Shown one piece after another: positions 7,541 to 17,236 of a stretch of DNA of 64,000 nt (the first letter of the stretch is position 1; each line of letters starts with the position of its first letter). The notes beneath the pieces are model-generated. The model made no database searches. It was not told the DNA's origin and was given only the letters and a program-made list of their open reading frames with translations. A program made the position numbers and the translations under genes. Where the stretch lies: positions 96,368 through 160,367 of the forward strand of contig JBAZIZ010000001.1 in NCBI GenBank assembly GCA_041651535.1, written 5' to 3'. This DNA comes from Patescibacteria group bacterium (GTDB taxonomy: Bacteria > Patescibacteriota > Patescibacteriia > Magasanikbacterales > UBA922).

Positions 7541-10222
7541 CTAAAATTTATTTAAAATATTTCTTGTTAATGGTCCACAATAACCTAAAGCTGGATTAAT
7601 ACCATTAGCTTTTTGAAATTTTATCAAAGCATTTTGAGTTAAACTTCCAAAATATTCTGTTTCATTTCCTTTAGAACCAATTCCTTCATTTACCAAAATA
7701 AAACCAGAATCATTTAAATATTTTTGTAATTTCTTAACATCTTCATCAATCATTCCAAATGATAAATCTTTTGTAAATTTAACATTATTTTTTACTATTT
7801 CAATATTTTGTCCTTCGACAAAATCAATATCCACAATATATATATCTGAAAAATTAAAATTGTAATAATTAAAAGTTTCTTCATCTACAATCCAACGTTT
7901 TTTATTATTTTCTATTTTATATATTTTTGGTGAATTAGAATATTTAACCAATTTACCTTCATAATTTATATTTGTTGTATCAAAATTTTTATTTTTATAA
8001 TTTTCAATAATATAAACATCACTTACTCCACCATCAATACTTCTAAATTTTATATATATTTTCTCTTGGCTATTTTTAAATTTTTCATCATAAGTTTCCC
8101 AAATAGCATTTGAAAAATCTGGTGAATTTGAGATTGCCATCTGATAAGCATTTCGCACTTCTAAATTTGATTTTGAGCTGGAAGAAAAAGATTGTGAAAC
8201 AAAAATTGATGGTAATGAAGACGCAATAAAACTACTATTAGAATTCAAACTAAAAATAGCATTTACTGAAATATTATTAAAAACATTTGTATCTTTTCTT
8301 GGATTTATTTCACTACCATCTGACCAATTTATAAAAGAATATCCTTGATTTGGGATTGCCTCTACAGTTGAAGAATCATCACCATAATTTACAGTTTGCG
8401 CTGCTAAGCCAGAGATTGTGCCACCTGAACCTGCATTATAATTTACAGAAAAAGTTGTCGTCGCACAATTTGCTGTAACTGAAATATTTTCAGAAACATT
8501 TAAATCAGTTCTATCAGTACTTGTCACACCATCTGACCAACTAGTAAAATAATAACCTGTACTAGGAATAACTGAAACTTCCAAAGCATCTTCACCTAAA
8601 TACACTGCTTGTGTTGAAGAACCAGAAATAGTGCCATTTAAGGCTGAATAACTTAAATTATAAAGAGGAACATTCAAATATTCAATTTCAAAATTATCTA
8701 AAATCGGTGTAAAAATCCCATCATCACTTGAAATTGAAACTTGATATTGAGCATATCTTTGTCTATCAGACACACAATTATTTTCGGAAATATCTTCGTC
8801 AGAAGCTCTTGAATCACATAAACTAAAATCAATCGCATCTGACATGTCTAAATTATCAAAAGTTCTAACTTTTACAAAAATTTCAGTATTAGTGGCATCT
8901 GTATAAAAATAAATAAGATCACCAAATTCAACTGGAACTTCAAAATCAAAAATAGAAGAAGTCAAAGATCCAGATAAAGCATAACGTTTTTCTTCATTTT
9001 GTGGCAAAGAAACACTTGGTTCAGAATTAGTATATTTTCTTACAAAGAAAAAAGAATAAGTCGCATAACCAGTTTTAGAAGTGCTATGTGGAGTCAAAAA
9101 TAAAGAAACATATTGGGTACTAGTCACACCCCAAGGCTCTACAGTAGATCCTCGTTGTGTCCAATCTATTCCATTGGCACTAAAAAAACCAGCAATTTGA
9201 TTGGAATTATTTTTACTTAATTTTAAAAATACTGGTAAACTAGCCGAACCACTATTTATTTGTAAATTTGGAGCAATAATTCCATCTTCACACGATCCAT
9301 AACTACAAAGTTCTCCTGATTGCGATTGATATTGAAAAGCCATACCATTTCCCGGAGTAGCCACGATAAAAACTTGTCCGTTACCTACACCAGAATTGAC
9401 TGAATTTTGTACTGTAATACCTGTTTTTGCCCAAGGATCTGAATTATATTGAGAATTTAATAAAGTTTCAGCAATAAAACCACCATCTATAGCTAAATTA
9501 CGATAAACATGAGTAGCTCCATAAACTTTTTGCCAAACATCTTCTCCGTTTGTGTTAGAAATTGACAAAACTCCGCTACCTACAGAAGCTGAACCAGAAG
9601 TTCCAATGTCTTGTTTTAACCAACCAGATGGTAAAGAAGAACCAGAAGTAAAATCAGCAAAAATCGGAAAAACTTCATTTCCATCACTAACTGTATTTGC
9701 TTCGGAATTTCCATAATAAATATAAATATTATCACCAGCTTCTGGTAAAGAAGATAATTTAACCCAAATTTTTGTATTTGTTCCATCGCAAGAATTTATG
9801 GCTGGAGCTGTACTAACCCAAATTGGTAAAATATTTTTTTCTGAATCAACAACTCTAATATCTGCACAATCACTTTGCATTTTTCCAGCATCAATAAGTT
9901 CAGAAGTGTTCAAAAAAATTGGAATTTGGTAATCAGTTAAAACTGAAGCAGAATTATTTTCAATTTCAATTTTTTGGCGATAAAACCAATCAAGATCAAA
10001 CCAATCTTCATTTTCGGCTAAAAAAATACCACTATTTGTAGATGAAACATTTTCAGAAGATAAAAATTTTGTAGAATCTGACCAAAGAGTTTGTGCTGAA
10101 CCCCCACTCCAATCACTTTGTATCCAAGAAGAAAAAGATGAAGAGGCAAAAACAAAATTAACGGACAAAAATCCTGTAATTATTATAAATAAAAATCCCA
10201 ATAAAAATATTTTTCGCTTCAT
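7541..10222 (-). CDS. large secreted surface protein: DUF2341/LamG-like N-terminal region, two Listeria-Bacteroides-type repeat domains, C-terminal PG_binding_1-like domain
   Basis: signal peptide; repeats GTISGSSTQAVYLGEDALEVSVIPSTGYYFTSWSDG and GTISGLAAQTVNYGDDSSTVEAIPNQGYSFINWSDG; C-terminal LQKYLNDSGF...GSLTQNALIKFQKANGI. Confidence 0.65.
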   Translation of the reverse strand: MKRKIFLLGFLFIIITGFLSVNFVFASSSFSSWIQSDWSGGSAQTLWSDSTKFLSSENVSSTNSGIFLAENEDWFDLDWFYRQKIEIENNSASVLTDYQIPIFLNTSELIDAGKMQSDCADIRVVDSEKNILPIWVSTAPAINSCDGTNTKIWVKLSSLPEAGDNIYIYYGNSEANTVSDGNEVFPIFADFTSGSSLPSGWLKQDIGTSGSASVGSGVLSISNTNGEDVWQKVYGATHVYRNLAIDGGFIAETLLNSQYNSDPWAKTGITVQNSVNSGVGNGQVFIVATPGNGMAFQYQSQSGELCSYGSCEDGIIAPNLQINSGSASLPVFLKLSKNNSNQIAGFFSANGIDWTQRGSTVEPWGVTSTQYVSLFLTPHSTSKTGYATYSFFFVRKYTNSEPSVSLPQNEEKRYALSGSLTSSIFDFEVPVEFGDLIYFYTDATNTEIFVKVRTFDNLDMSDAIDFSLCDSRASDEDISENNCVSDRQRYAQYQVSISSDDGIFTPILDNFEIEYLNVPLYNLSYSALNGTISGSSTQAVYLGEDALEVSVIPSTGYYFTSWSDGVTSTDRTDLNVSENISVTANCATTTFSVNYNAGSGGTISGLAAQTVNYGDDSSTVEAIPNQGYSFINWSDGSEINPRKDTNVFNNISVNAIFSLNSNSSFIASSLPSIFVSQSFSSSSKSNLEVRNAYQMAISNSPDFSNAIWETYDEKFKNSQEKIYIKFRSIDGGVSDVYIIENYKNKNFDTTNINYEGKLVKYSNSPKIYKIENNKKRWIVDEETFNYYNFNFSDIYIVDIDFVEGQNIEIVKNNVKFTKDLSFGMIDEDVKKLQKYLNDSGFILVNEGIGSKGNETEYFGSLTQNALIKFQKANGINPALGYCGPLTRNILNKF

Positions 10223-10488
10223 AACTCAGATTAACTGATTCTAGTTTAGCACAAAAAAGCAACATTCGCAAAATATTGATTAAAAAAATTTTATTTTATA
10301 AATTGGCTTATATATTGACCTAAAAAATAAGGCCAGACTAACAAAGACAAAATTGATTTCCAAAAAGTTAATTTTAAAAAACCAATTGTGAATAGCCAAG
10401 CAGCAAACCAAGAAAATGCTGTAAAGCTGTTATTCTCTATTTTTATTTTATTCATAAATTATTTTGATTAAAAATTATTTATTGAATC

Positions 10489-11571
10489 TTATATCCCCGA
10501 CTTTCTACGATTACACTCTTTACATAACATCTGACAATTTTCAGATATGGTTTTTCCACCTTTACTCCAAGGTTTTATATGATCTGCTTCCATTTCATCT
10601 ATTTCAAAATGTTCTTTACATTTTTTACATATTCCTTTTTGTTTTTCATAAGCTTCCCTTTTTTGATTTGGAGTAAAAGCACGAATGTTTAAATATTTTT
10701 CATCTCCAGTCAAAACATATGAATAAACACCAGACTTTTTTGTCACATCTTCATCTTGTAATAATTTCACAATTTCTTTTTCCAATTTTTTTGAATCAAA
10801 TTTTCCATTTTTAAATTCATTATATAAAAATCCCCAATCAATCCCCTTCATTTCTTTTCTGTATTCAGGAAATACAGCTTTCATCCAATTTATCACGCTT
10901 TGAAAATATAACCACAACTCATTTGCGTTTGGCTCATGCTGATGAGTTCCCATATATTTTTCAATTTTTCCATTACTAATCCAATTTATAATTGTTTCTA
11001 AATACTCTTGACGAATTGCTGAACCAGTCAAATAATCACTGGCTAAACCATAAGCAGCACAACCAGTTTTACTAAAATATCTTTTGGCATCAGTAAGCCA
11101 AGGACCAGTATAAATAGCATTTCGTAGTTCTTGGTCAGTCAATTTTTCTCCAGCTATATTGATAATCTTAAACCAATCCAATTTTTCTTTATCATTACCT
11201 TCGCAAAAATAGATCATAAGCTCATAATCTAAAATTTGTTTTTGGTCTGTGTCTGTAAGATTATGGAAATATAAATTATTTAAAGAAAATTTTCCAGCAA
11301 TATATTCACAAAAACTAATGGTTCTTTGCTGACCATCCAAAACTTCAAAAGTTCCATCTTCATTTTTTACCCAATACATAACATTCAAAGGAAAACCTTT
11401 GTTTATGGTATCAAGTACAGCATTTCTTTTATCATCTTTATAAACAAACTCTCGTTGATATTTCGGGCGGATATTTAATTTTCCACCATAACCAACAACT
11501 CCTTCTTCGTCGTTATTCACATAACCATTCACAACATCTTTTATTTTAATTTGTTTTAGTTGTATTTTCAT
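10489..11571 (-). CDS. DUF262 (ParB-like, DGQQR motif) + C-terminal HNH nuclease; GmrSD-like type IV restriction-family protein
   Basis: VLDGQQRTISF DUF262 signature; C-terminal CKKCKEHF...ADHIKPWSKGGKT...NCQMLCKECNRRK HNH motif with two CxxC pairs. Confidence 0.65.
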   Translation of the reverse strand: MKIQLKQIKIKDVVNGYVNNDEEGVVGYGGKLNIRPKYQREFVYKDDKRNAVLDTINKGFPLNVMYWVKNEDGTFEVLDGQQRTISFCEYIAGKFSLNNLYFHNLTDTDQKQILDYELMIYFCEGNDKEKLDWFKIINIAGEKLTDQELRNAIYTGPWLTDAKRYFSKTGCAAYGLASDYLTGSAIRQEYLETIINWISNGKIEKYMGTHQHEPNANELWLYFQSVINWMKAVFPEYRKEMKGIDWGFLYNEFKNGKFDSKKLEKEIVKLLQDEDVTKKSGVYSYVLTGDEKYLNIRAFTPNQKREAYEKQKGICKKCKEHFEIDEMEADHIKPWSKGGKTISENCQMLCKECNRRKSGI

Positions 11572-11604
11572 AAAAATTAAATTTTATTTTAAATAACTTT
11601 TTTA

Positions 11605-13287
11605 TTAAACCAACTCTCTTTTTATTTTTTCAACAAGATCATCGGTCTTAAATACATAAGGTAAAGAAAATTTAATATTGAGCTTTTTATCATCTTCTAT
11701 AATTTTTTTAATTATATTTATAGCTTCATCATAATAATTAAAAATAATATCACCATTTTTGATGGTCAATGAAATATTATTTTTTTCTGCTATCACTTTT
11801 AAAGTAAATAAAATATAATAATGAGCATAATCTAAAAAACCATAATCATTAAAATATTTTTCTAATTCTTCTTCTTTGTTATTTGCTAATAATGTTTTTA
11901 TTTTTGAACGAAATTCTTTTATTTTTTCTTCAATTTTTTTATATAAAAGATAAGGCAATAATACATAATTTCCATTCATTCTTTGTTCATCAAAAATATC
12001 ATTATAAAAATCACCAAAGATTTCTTGTTTCTTATTTTTTGCTGAACCCGGTTTATCAACATAAAAAGACAGCATAGCCTGACCTATCCTCTCAGCATCA
12101 ATCTTTTTATCTGCATTAACCTCTTTGTCTCTAAATTCATATTTTTTTCTTTCATAAAAAAAACCCATTCTCTCTAATTCTTTTTGAATTTTAATTTGAA
12201 TTAAATCATTAGACATTATATCCCTATTTTTAACAGGATTTTGAGTATTAGTAAATCTAGCAATTTCTTGTCCAATATTTCTATCTTTTTTCACTTCATA
12301 AATCCTTAATAATAAATATATGTCATTTATTTTATCTTTTAAATTATTTTTGAATGCATTATATAAAGAATGTGTAGTTTGTCCACCATTTACTATTTGA
12401 AAATTTTCTAATTCAATCAATGGACTATCAGAATTATTATGTGTAAAACTATCACAAATAGCTGTTATACCATTATTGTAATAAAAAAACTTGTAATTAC
12501 TTTCACTTTTAATTGAATCATAAATTTGTTTGTTAATTTTAGTATTAGCACGTAAATACACTCTTACATTTTCATTAAAAACATTTTCATTTAATTCTTC
12601 CTTTTCATTTAAAATTGACTTAAGAAAATTCAATGCATTAACTTCTGCTATTAAAGCCCTTATATTACCAGTTGATTCTTCAAAATAATTTTTACCTTTC
12701 AATTGCATCTTAATATCTACTTGTGCTATATTTTTTTTAACAATAGAATCAATTATTTCAGGTAAAGAAATAGATATAAATTTTGCTCTAAATTTTTCTT
12801 CTAATATTTTAACCGCGTCTTTTTTATTATTATCATTTATAGTATTACTAAAATTCGAAATAAAATATATATTAGTTTTACTATATCCATTTTCAAAAGC
12901 ATTCCAAATTTCATTAATAGCTTCTTTCATTTTATAATTTGCTTTGTTATAATAATTTTTATCTTTATTCCAAATAGCTTCCAATTTTAAAATAAAATCA
13001 CTAATTTCTTTTTCTTTAATTCCATCTTTACGATTCGCTGTTTCGAAAATATCAGTGTGTTTGAATTGAAATAAGTTAATAGTTTTCTTATTTTCATCAA
13101 TAAAATAAGCATCTATACTTAAATCATTTTGACCATCAGTGATTTGTTCTAAAGGATTATTAATTTCTGGAAAAAATTTTTCTAATATCATAACCATAAA
13201 AGCATATGGTAATGAATCTAGTTTATTTTCTCTTTTAAAAAATTCTGTTTCTTTTCTAATTAAAGAAAAATCTTGATAAGTAATCAT
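11605..13287 (-). CDS. AIPR-like abortive-infection phage-resistance protein
   Basis: N-terminal ...ITDGQNDLSIDAYFID... resembles the AIPR DGxxDxGIDA region; 560 aa; sits in a restriction-modification neighbourhood. Confidence 0.45.
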   Translation of the reverse strand: MITYQDFSLIRKETEFFKRENKLDSLPYAFMVMILEKFFPEINNPLEQITDGQNDLSIDAYFIDENKKTINLFQFKHTDIFETANRKDGIKEKEISDFILKLEAIWNKDKNYYNKANYKMKEAINEIWNAFENGYSKTNIYFISNFSNTINDNNKKDAVKILEEKFRAKFISISLPEIIDSIVKKNIAQVDIKMQLKGKNYFEESTGNIRALIAEVNALNFLKSILNEKEELNENVFNENVRVYLRANTKINKQIYDSIKSESNYKFFYYNNGITAICDSFTHNNSDSPLIELENFQIVNGGQTTHSLYNAFKNNLKDKINDIYLLLRIYEVKKDRNIGQEIARFTNTQNPVKNRDIMSNDLIQIKIQKELERMGFFYERKKYEFRDKEVNADKKIDAERIGQAMLSFYVDKPGSAKNKKQEIFGDFYNDIFDEQRMNGNYVLLPYLLYKKIEEKIKEFRSKIKTLLANNKEEELEKYFNDYGFLDYAHYYILFTLKVIAEKNNISLTIKNGDIIFNYYDEAINIIKKIIEDDKKLNIKFSLPYVFKTDDLVEKIKRELV

Positions 13288-13317
13288 AATTAATAATTAA
13301 AAAATTATTTAATAAAT

Positions 13318-14379
13318 TTATTTAATCTTTTTATTTTTAATCAATATCCTGGCATAAGGAACATTTACAACACCATTTTCAACCATATATAAATCCCCGT
13401 TTACAGCAGCCCTCTTTTGAACTTCTTTTCTATATTTTCGATGATCTTCTTTGTATGGTCTGACCCCAATTTCTATTCCTGAATTAGATATACCTAAACC
13501 TATTATTTCAAACTGCTCCGGGTTATATTTATGTAAAAAAGTAATTGGAACTCCCATCGCTCCTTTATAATCTACCGGAATATCTGCTGTTTTATCTACA
13601 TTTATAGCATCATAATTATCATATTTCGGATAATCTTTTTCATTTCCTTTATAAGTTTTATAAAGAATTAAATCTTCATGTCTTTTTTTATGATCTAAAT
13701 TTGTAAACCAAATTGTACTTGCCACAAAAGCATATTTTACACCATCTTCAATTTTATGATATTTTTCATAAGTATTAGGAACTCTAAACCAAATATTTCT
13801 TCCATCAAGACTATGACCCAACCAAAGTTTATTTTCTTTTATAAATTTAAAAATTTCTTTATAAGTAATTGCATTTTGATTTCCGATAATTATAAACTTT
13901 TTATCATATTCCATCAGTTGAGCCACGTATTCCCTAAAAAGTGAAAAAGGTGGGTTTGTGACAACAATATCGGCTTGCTTAAGCAGATTAATACATTCTT
14001 CACTTCTAAAATCACCATCATTTTTCAAATGTTTAATGCCTATCTCTTTAAGATTTGGAACTTTGTCTCCGTTTTTATCACCTGTATATTCCAAATAAAT
14101 TGCTTTTTCAGAATTATTTTGACTAAAAAGATTTACATCTTGATTTTTATAACAAGTAGTAATTAATTTTTTCAAACCCAAATTTTCAAAATTATAAGAA
14201 AAATAATGAAAAAAATTACTAACTCGCGGATCATCACAATTACAAAAAACAGTTTTTCCTTTGAAATGCTCTTTATAATGACCTAATTCTTTTTCTATAT
14301 CCGAAAGCTGAGTATAAAACTCATCTTTTTTTGCTTTATTTGCTTTACGTAAATTTTGATTTCCTTGTTTTTTAACCAT
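13318..14379 (-). CDS. putative N6-adenine (or N4-cytosine) DNA methyltransferase with NPPF motif
   Basis: IVVTNPPFSLF (motif IV) and N-terminal DEFYTQ (motif X-like); motif I not clearly recognisable. Confidence 0.5.
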   Translation of the reverse strand: MVKKQGNQNLRKANKAKKDEFYTQLSDIEKELGHYKEHFKGKTVFCNCDDPRVSNFFHYFSYNFENLGLKKLITTCYKNQDVNLFSQNNSEKAIYLEYTGDKNGDKVPNLKEIGIKHLKNDGDFRSEECINLLKQADIVVTNPPFSLFREYVAQLMEYDKKFIIIGNQNAITYKEIFKFIKENKLWLGHSLDGRNIWFRVPNTYEKYHKIEDGVKYAFVASTIWFTNLDHKKRHEDLILYKTYKGNEKDYPKYDNYDAINVDKTADIPVDYKGAMGVPITFLHKYNPEQFEIIGLGISNSGIEIGVRPYKEDHRKYRKEVQKRAAVNGDLYMVENGVVNVPYARILIKNKKIK

Positions 14380-14589
14380 ATTTTTTATAAAAACTATATC
14401 TTTATTTTACTCTTTTTTTTAACCCTCGTCAAAAAATAAAAACAAACTTTTTACAGATTGTCTTTTTGTTTGCTTTTTTCTTCGCTCAACATAAAATCAG
14501 CCTTACAGCTGATTTTAGTTTTGCTCCCAACTCGGGTTCAGACCTTTGTAAAACTGTATACCTTAGGGCTTTTTCAAGGGTCAAATTGA

Positions 14590-14700
14590 CTGTCCCACGA
14601 CAGAGTCGGGTCGGGGCTAAAATAAGGGATTTTTAGCGTGGGACAGGACACGTGGGACATTAATGAATATATTTTACTATGTCCCGAAAGTATTATCAAT
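14590..14700. other. GC-rich intergenic segment with inverted/direct GTCCCAC / GTGGGAC repeats (candidate regulator binding site or small RNA)
   Basis: GTCCCACG (14594-14601) and CGTGGGAC (14637-14644) form an 8-bp inverted repeat; a second ACGTGGGAC at ~14650-14658; GTCCCG again near 14680; GC content far above the surrounding AT-rich sequence. Confidence 0.3.
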
Positions 14701-14955
14701 TATAGAACCTTTTAATTAGTAAAAACTTATAAAGAGTTTGTATTGTGTGTATCATCTATTTTTTTCTCCAAAGACCTAAATCCTTTAATATATATGGATT
14801 AATAAAATAAACAAAAGGACCCCAAATAGGAGTAAGGATGGCAGCAATATAATAATTATCGACAAAAAATCAAATTAACAAATCACCAATTGAAAACATA
14901 ATCAACCATGATAATCTACCAATATTTTTTTGTTCTTTACGTGTTAATTTTTTTC

Positions 14956-16152
14956 TCATATTTTTAAAGCCCTTCTTTTATCTTTTTTTGTTATTTTTAA
15001 ATTATTAAATATTATTTTATCTAAACCATCTTTATTATCTATAATGGAATGTTTACGCTTACTATCTTTAATTTTTTTTAATCTATCAAGATTAACACCC
15101 AACATTCTATCCACTATTAATTTGAACTGCATATCAAAAGAAAAAATATAATTAAATTTACCATCATTAGATATAAAAGATGATTGGTAAATATAAAATA
15201 ACGTACCAATAGCCTTTTTACAAAACATTAAATTTTCTAAATTTAATCTTAATTTATCATGAACTATCAAATTTCTAATATGATAAAAATATAAAATATT
15301 ATTTCTTAATATTTTTAAATTTTCTTCTTTATAAGAATAATATTCTTCTCTAATATATTTATCTACTAACCTTCTAAACTTTATATTTTTTTTAAAAATA
15401 TTAAACTTAGAAAGTTTATTATTGCTTTTTAAATTATAATATATAAAATAATTCTCTAATGATGTAATAATTTTTCTTATACATTCATCAGGATTATAAT
15501 AAAAATATTCTGTCATTGCATCTATAAGATCTTTAATATAAGTAACGTTATAATTACCATCGTCATTTGAAGGAGGAAATCCAGGTACTGATAATGGCCA
15601 TAATACTGCGTAAATTCCTCCCAAATCATCCACAACAAACACTTCACTAATATCAAATTGCGAAATAGTTTTTACTATTATATGACCTTCATTATACTTT
15701 CTGTTTAATATTTCCTTATTTATTCTGGGTAATGTTTCACTTATATATCCAACTATAAATTGAGATGGGTTTTTTTTAGTTAATTCTTTAGAAATATAAT
15801 TATTATTTTTAAAATCACAAAAATGTTTTTTAATATCTTCTAATAATTTTTTCGAAATTATCTTATTAAAATTAACATATATTTTATTACCATTTTGAAC
15901 AACATGAAGCGGATAATCGTCAATATTAAAATTATCAACTATAGAAGGCAGTATTATAGTATATTTTATCAAAACTTCTATTTTATCCTCATCATCTATA
16001 TATTCTTGCCCTACTATGTAACTTTCATGTTTTGGTTTTTTTACAACAGACTTATTTTGAGAAATAAAAATTTTTTGTTTTTTATCCATACAACATTTTT
16101 TATATTTTTTACCACTACCACATTGGCAAGGATCGTTTCTACCAATTTTCAT
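14956..16152 (-). CDS. SEC-C zinc-finger motif protein with C-terminal Rx4H (HEPN/Abi_2-like) motif
   Basis: N-terminal RNDPCQCGSGKKYKKCC matches the SecA C-terminal metal-binding motif; C-terminal ...YHIRNLIVHDKLRL... Confidence 0.5.
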   Translation of the reverse strand: MKIGRNDPCQCGSGKKYKKCCMDKKQKIFISQNKSVVKKPKHESYIVGQEYIDDEDKIEVLIKYTIILPSIVDNFNIDDYPLHVVQNGNKIYVNFNKIISKKLLEDIKKHFCDFKNNNYISKELTKKNPSQFIVGYISETLPRINKEILNRKYNEGHIIVKTISQFDISEVFVVDDLGGIYAVLWPLSVPGFPPSNDDGNYNVTYIKDLIDAMTEYFYYNPDECIRKIITSLENYFIYYNLKSNNKLSKFNIFKKNIKFRRLVDKYIREEYYSYKEENLKILRNNILYFYHIRNLIVHDKLRLNLENLMFCKKAIGTLFYIYQSSFISNDGKFNYIFSFDMQFKLIVDRMLGVNLDRLKKIKDSKRKHSIIDNKDGLDKIIFNNLKITKKDKRRALKI

Positions 16153-16196
16153 TTTATATTATTAAAATTTAATTTGTATTATTTATATCTTTTTTA

Positions 16197-16439
16197 TTAA
16201 TATTTCCAAAAATGCAATACATTTCTTAATAAAAATTTAACTCCTACAAATGCTATTATGTGCATTAGACAGAAATAAATTTCATCAAACATTTTCCAAC
16301 CCCATAACTTATATGAAATAATAAAAATTAATAAAAAAATAATAAAATAAGTAATACTACCAATTAATCGATTAAATTTTGGTGAAAATCCGTTTTTATA
16401 TTTATTTTTTTTGTGATAATTATTATTTAATTTGTACAT
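16197..16439 (-). CDS. small hydrophobic protein (the ORF-track 130-aa ORF overlaps the upstream gene by 149 nt; start shortened to an internal Met)
   Basis: two predicted TM helices; the remainder overlaps the HNH gene and is probably not coding. Confidence 0.3.
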   Translation of the reverse strand: MYKLNNNYHKKNKYKNGFSPKFNRLIGSITYFIIFLLIFIISYKLWGWKMFDEIYFCLMHIIAFVGVKFLLRNVLHFWKY

Positions 16440-16440
16440 A

Positions 16441-17235
16441 TTATTTATGTGGTTTACAAAAATCAAACATACACCAAAAAGATATATTTGCCAATTCGCT
16501 ATTATTAAAAGGAAAACTATCTTTATCTTCTTTGAAGCAACACTTTTTTGAACTTTGTGGCCAAAAAAGATTATGAACACCCCCAACAAGAACAGGAAAA
16601 TAGTTACTGTTTTCTTTATCTAAATAAGCAAAGAGTAATATCAAAGAACCAAACTGCATAACAATTTTATAATTTTTATTATAATCTTCTATATTAAAAT
16701 CTTTTTCATCCCAAATTAAAGCTGTCTGACCTTGGATCCAATAAAATTTTTTAGTTGGGTTATGTTGTGTTCCTAATACAAAATAATTATTATTAGGTAT
16801 TTTATTTTTTAAAAATAAAAGATCTTTTTTATTTATTTCTAAAAAGTTATCTATATCACTTGAATAGTTTAACATTGATGCTGTCTTTATAAACCAACGA
16901 GCAATAACTTCTCGTTCTTTTAGGGTGAGAGAACTGATGTCTTTCTTATTTTTTATTAATATCTTTAATAAAGGTTTAACTTCTGTTTCTAAAAGACTCA
17001 TCCAACCATTATTACACTTTTCACACACAGCTTTACATTTTAGATCTTTCAAATAATGTTCTCTTTTTTTTGATTTTATTTTCTTTTTTTTAAGACAAAA
17101 TCTTGTCGGGGATATTAATTCCTTTTCAATATTTAATTCTTTTTGTAACCATTGTGGAAAAACATGTTCATTTGAAAATTTAATATCTTCATCATCTTCT
17201 CTAGATTTTCCACAAAAAATACATTTTTTTATCAT
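16441..17235 (-). CDS. putative HNH-family endonuclease
   Basis: CIFCGK...SNEHVFPQWL...CKAVCEKCNNGW: two Cys pairs flanking a His. Confidence 0.45.
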   Translation of the reverse strand: MIKKCIFCGKSREDDEDIKFSNEHVFPQWLQKELNIEKELISPTRFCLKKKKIKSKKREHYLKDLKCKAVCEKCNNGWMSLLETEVKPLLKILIKNKKDISSLTLKEREVIARWFIKTASMLNYSSDIDNFLEINKKDLLFLKNKIPNNNYFVLGTQHNPTKKFYWIQGQTALIWDEKDFNIEDYNKNYKIVMQFGSLILLFAYLDKENSNYFPVLVGGVHNLFWPQSSKKCCFKEDKDSFPFNNSELANISFWCMFDFCKPHK

Positions 17236-17236
17236 A

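Noticed and set aside
14380-14955. Large intergenic region screened for tmRNA, RNase P RNA, SRP RNA or 6S RNA
   Set aside because: It lacks the tRNA-like 3' end/CCA of tmRNA, the P4 consensus of RNase P RNA and the SRP domain IV motif. Only the GC-rich repeat cluster was retained as an unexplained feature.
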